Positions 61,261 to 64,000 of a stretch of 64,000 nt of DNA are shown here, piece after piece. The notes beneath the pieces are model-generated. The model did no database searches, was not told the origin of the DNA, and was given only the letters and a program-made list of their open reading frames with translations. Made by a program: the position numbers and the translations under genes. Positions within the stretch are counted from its first letter, which is position 1, and every line of letters begins with the position of its first letter. The stretch comes from Leucoraja ocellata (lineage: Eukaryota): positions 4,030,001 through 4,094,000 of the forward strand of contig JAWMAR010000008.1 of assembly GCA_036785375.1 (NCBI GenBank), written 5' to 3'.

Positions 61261-62844
61261 TTAGTAGTACCAACTGGGGGAAGAAGTCTGCGATTGTAAA
61301 TCAGTGCGGCCATTTGGAAATGTTCCCTCTGCAATTCTCAGTTTAACAAAGCAAGGCTTGCACGTATATGGATTTTGTAATGGCTCCAATGAGCAACAAA
61401 GTTAAAGAGAGGTTTTTACCTTGACAGAGGTTCCTCCTTCTGCTTTGAACTCTTTGTCTGAAAAAACAATCAGTAAAATTGCTTTGGAGCAGTCTTGCCC
61501 AGATTGTTGCCTGCTATAAATCACAAGAACACAAGGACTGAGGTACCCACAGGCTAATCTATAAATCACAGCTACCCTGGGAAGTGAAACGCCATCTGAT
61601 TTTCAAAGCACAATATCTATCTGCCAAATGTAGGTCTTCGTAAGGGGAAGGGTAGCCCAAAGGCCTTGGCCTCCTGATCAGTCACAGCCATAGCCATGAG
61701 CCATTGTAACATTGCAGGAATTGTTCCACTCCTAACTGCAGATAGCAGTAAATTTTAAGCTTTGCTGATTGCCCTTCCAGCTCAGTAGCCTGTACACAAT
61801 GTTTACACACCCTTGTGCTACCAACAATGAAGCTGTAATAATGGTCTACCTTAAGGCTAAAAAACACTACATGCTAACGTGAGGATTACCCCAGACCTGA
61901 ACTGGCTGACGCCAACTTCAGAGAGCTATAATTTTTATGTTGCTTATTTTGAAAGGACTTCATCCTTCCAATGGTAATTTCTGACCACACATTTAGATCA
62001 TTCCATCCATGCACTGAAATGCGGGCTTGTGTACTTCCCCCCCACACCTGACTTTACTGTGCAACTCATTACCCACAGGCATCATCACAATGTCTCAAGC
62101 ATCACACCATCTTGTGGTTGTTGTGTTAATTCCATCCAAAGAAGCCAAAACTAATTACTCCCCATCATCGCTTCAGTTAGTGCCTTTCAACTTTATTATT
62201 GTGAGTATGATGCCATATAATTAATGTGCAATCCTGAATTATTTTAAATACATGCCAAGTTAAAATGAATCCAAAATATGCATTTAACCATTAACGACTT
62301 GCTGTGCTATTTTATTTCTCACTGCTCCTCGTTCTAAAATATTATGATTATTATACCATATAACACACAATGTATTATTCTGCACATAACAAAAGACCAG
62401 GATTAATCAGACTGACATCAAGAATGTAAATTACACTGGTAAACTAGAGCTTTGCATTGTAGTAATGTCAGCTTTCAGCCTTTGTCTGCTAATTGGCAAA
62501 TGTGATTTTAGTAAATTTAAGATGATTAGAAGTACGTAGCAATTTATGATTGTCTGTGATTGTTTGCCAGAAATATAAGGAAGAGCTCAGTGAGACACAA
62601 AGCAAGCACCATCATTAACTGATGGTCGGCTGCTCTTAAGATAAGTACATACCCAAGAAGGACCATAACTTATACATTGCAAGATCAAGATCTCTGATTC
62701 AGATAGAGGAGGTGACGGTTCTGTCATTACAAGGACGACACATCATTAAATTAGTAATGAATAATAACTAATGCAAAATGCAGAAGTGGTGAAGAAAATA
62801 ATTTCATGAGTGGAACGCTGGGACAACTATTTCAAGAATTTATT

Positions 62845-63178
62845 AAGGTAGAAACAAGGAACTGTAGATGCTGGTTTACACAAAGGGACACAAAGTGCTG
62901 GATAACTCAGCAGGTCAGGCAGTGTTCAGGTCACCGCATTACAGGAAGGATGTGGAGGCTTTGGAGAGGATACAGGGTATTGCCTTGATCAGAGGGTATT
63001 AGCTGTAAGGAAAGGTTGGACAAACGTGAATTGTTTTCTCTGGAACATTGGAAGCCGAGGGGAAACCTGAAAGAAGTTTATAAAATTATGAGGCTTCCAT
63101 TTTTCCCATGATGGAAATGTAATATACTGTAGCATTAAGGTGATGGCGGCCTGGGGGGAGGGGTAGGTTTAAAGGAGA
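62845..63178 (+). mobile_element. Penelope pLTR fragment followed by a CR1 C-terminal fragment
   Basis: ggaactgtagatgctgg...actcagcaggtcaggcag, then SPHYRKDVEALER...LFSLEHWKPRGNLKEVYKIM. Confidence 0.75.
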
Positions 63179-63530
63179 CTAGACCAGAGGGGAGCCGTTG
63201 GGCCCCATCCCCTCACTGCATGGTTGCAGGGGAGGGGGGGGGGGGGGGGGGGGGTTTGCGGCCTTCGGAGTCCAACACACCCTAACCATCCCCCACACAC
63301 ACTAACCCCCACCTTGATGTTATATTAATATTATTAATTCGCTCCCATCCCCAGCCCTATCCACTCACGCATAACCCCCAACTACACAGAAGCGGCTAGA
63401 GAGGGGAGGGGGTGGAGAGAGAGGGGGAGGGGGGTAGAGATTGAGGGGTGGGGGAGTGTGGCTTCACAGGGGAGGGCTGGTTCCCGAACACAATACTCCA
63501 CCACTCACCCATAGGTCCCAATATTCTTCT
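63179..63530 (-). mobile_element. non-autonomous Helitron-like element 3' end
   Basis: Minus strand ends ggggcccaacggctcccc (GC hairpin)-tctggt-CTAG|T and truncates the CR1 fragment without a TSD. The 5' boundary is uncertain. Confidence 0.55.
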
Positions 63531-64000
63531 GACTGGGAGTCAGGGGAAAGGGAAACATAGATATGGTGTTGCTCCTGGTAAGCTGGATGGCACTAGATTA
63601 TAATCATTCCATAAGTGATGGCAACATTAATAACATTAAGAAATAATTTGAATGCAATTTTCATTGTCCAATGGCTTCAGGGCATCCCAAAGTGGTTTTA
63701 AGCCAATCACAAACTTTTAAAATGAAGCCACTATCATGATGAGGAAAATATAGCAGGCAATCTCTGCTGAGGAAGTTCCCATAAACAACACTATGATAAC
63801 AAGCCGATGAACTATCTTAGAAATATTAATGCTGTCACAAAACACTAATTAAGCACTAACTGGTATCCAATTCAATTCCTCTGTGACAAAATATAAACAA
63901 TAAATGATAGCAGCAAGTACCAGAAATAGTCAGCTTTCAAGGAAGCATCTATGGAGATAGAAACAAGTGTTAATACTGTATATTTTGGGTCAGTGACCCA

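Overview
Eukaryotic, repeat-rich vertebrate DNA; the repeat repertoire (HE1-like tRNA/V-domain SINEs with CR1-type tails, CR1, Rex1/Babar, RTE, Tx1, Penelope, DIRS) points to a cartilaginous fish, probably a skate or ray (inference). No host protein could be identified. A CpG island with GC boxes and a GTGAGT donor at ~1.05-1.46 kb looks like a promoter and first exon, and the rest behaves like one very long intron. Nearly all ORFs in the track are transposon debris or chance. Highlights: (1) the 5' 93 nt of U2 snRNA sit, in sense orientation, inside the start of pol of a decayed DIRS tyrosine-recombinase retrotransposon; (2) two DIRS copies together give both termini, the ICR and the circle junction of one family; (3) many Penelope pseudo-LTRs carry minimal hammerhead-ribozyme cores, including TSD-flanked fold-back insertions with a core on each strand; (4) a ~140-bp non-tRNA, (GAA)n-tailed, TSD-flanked retroposon occurs twice with the same 5' end; (5) a Helitron-type 3' end. 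Family names come from recognised motifs, not database searches, and boundaries of old repeats are approximate.
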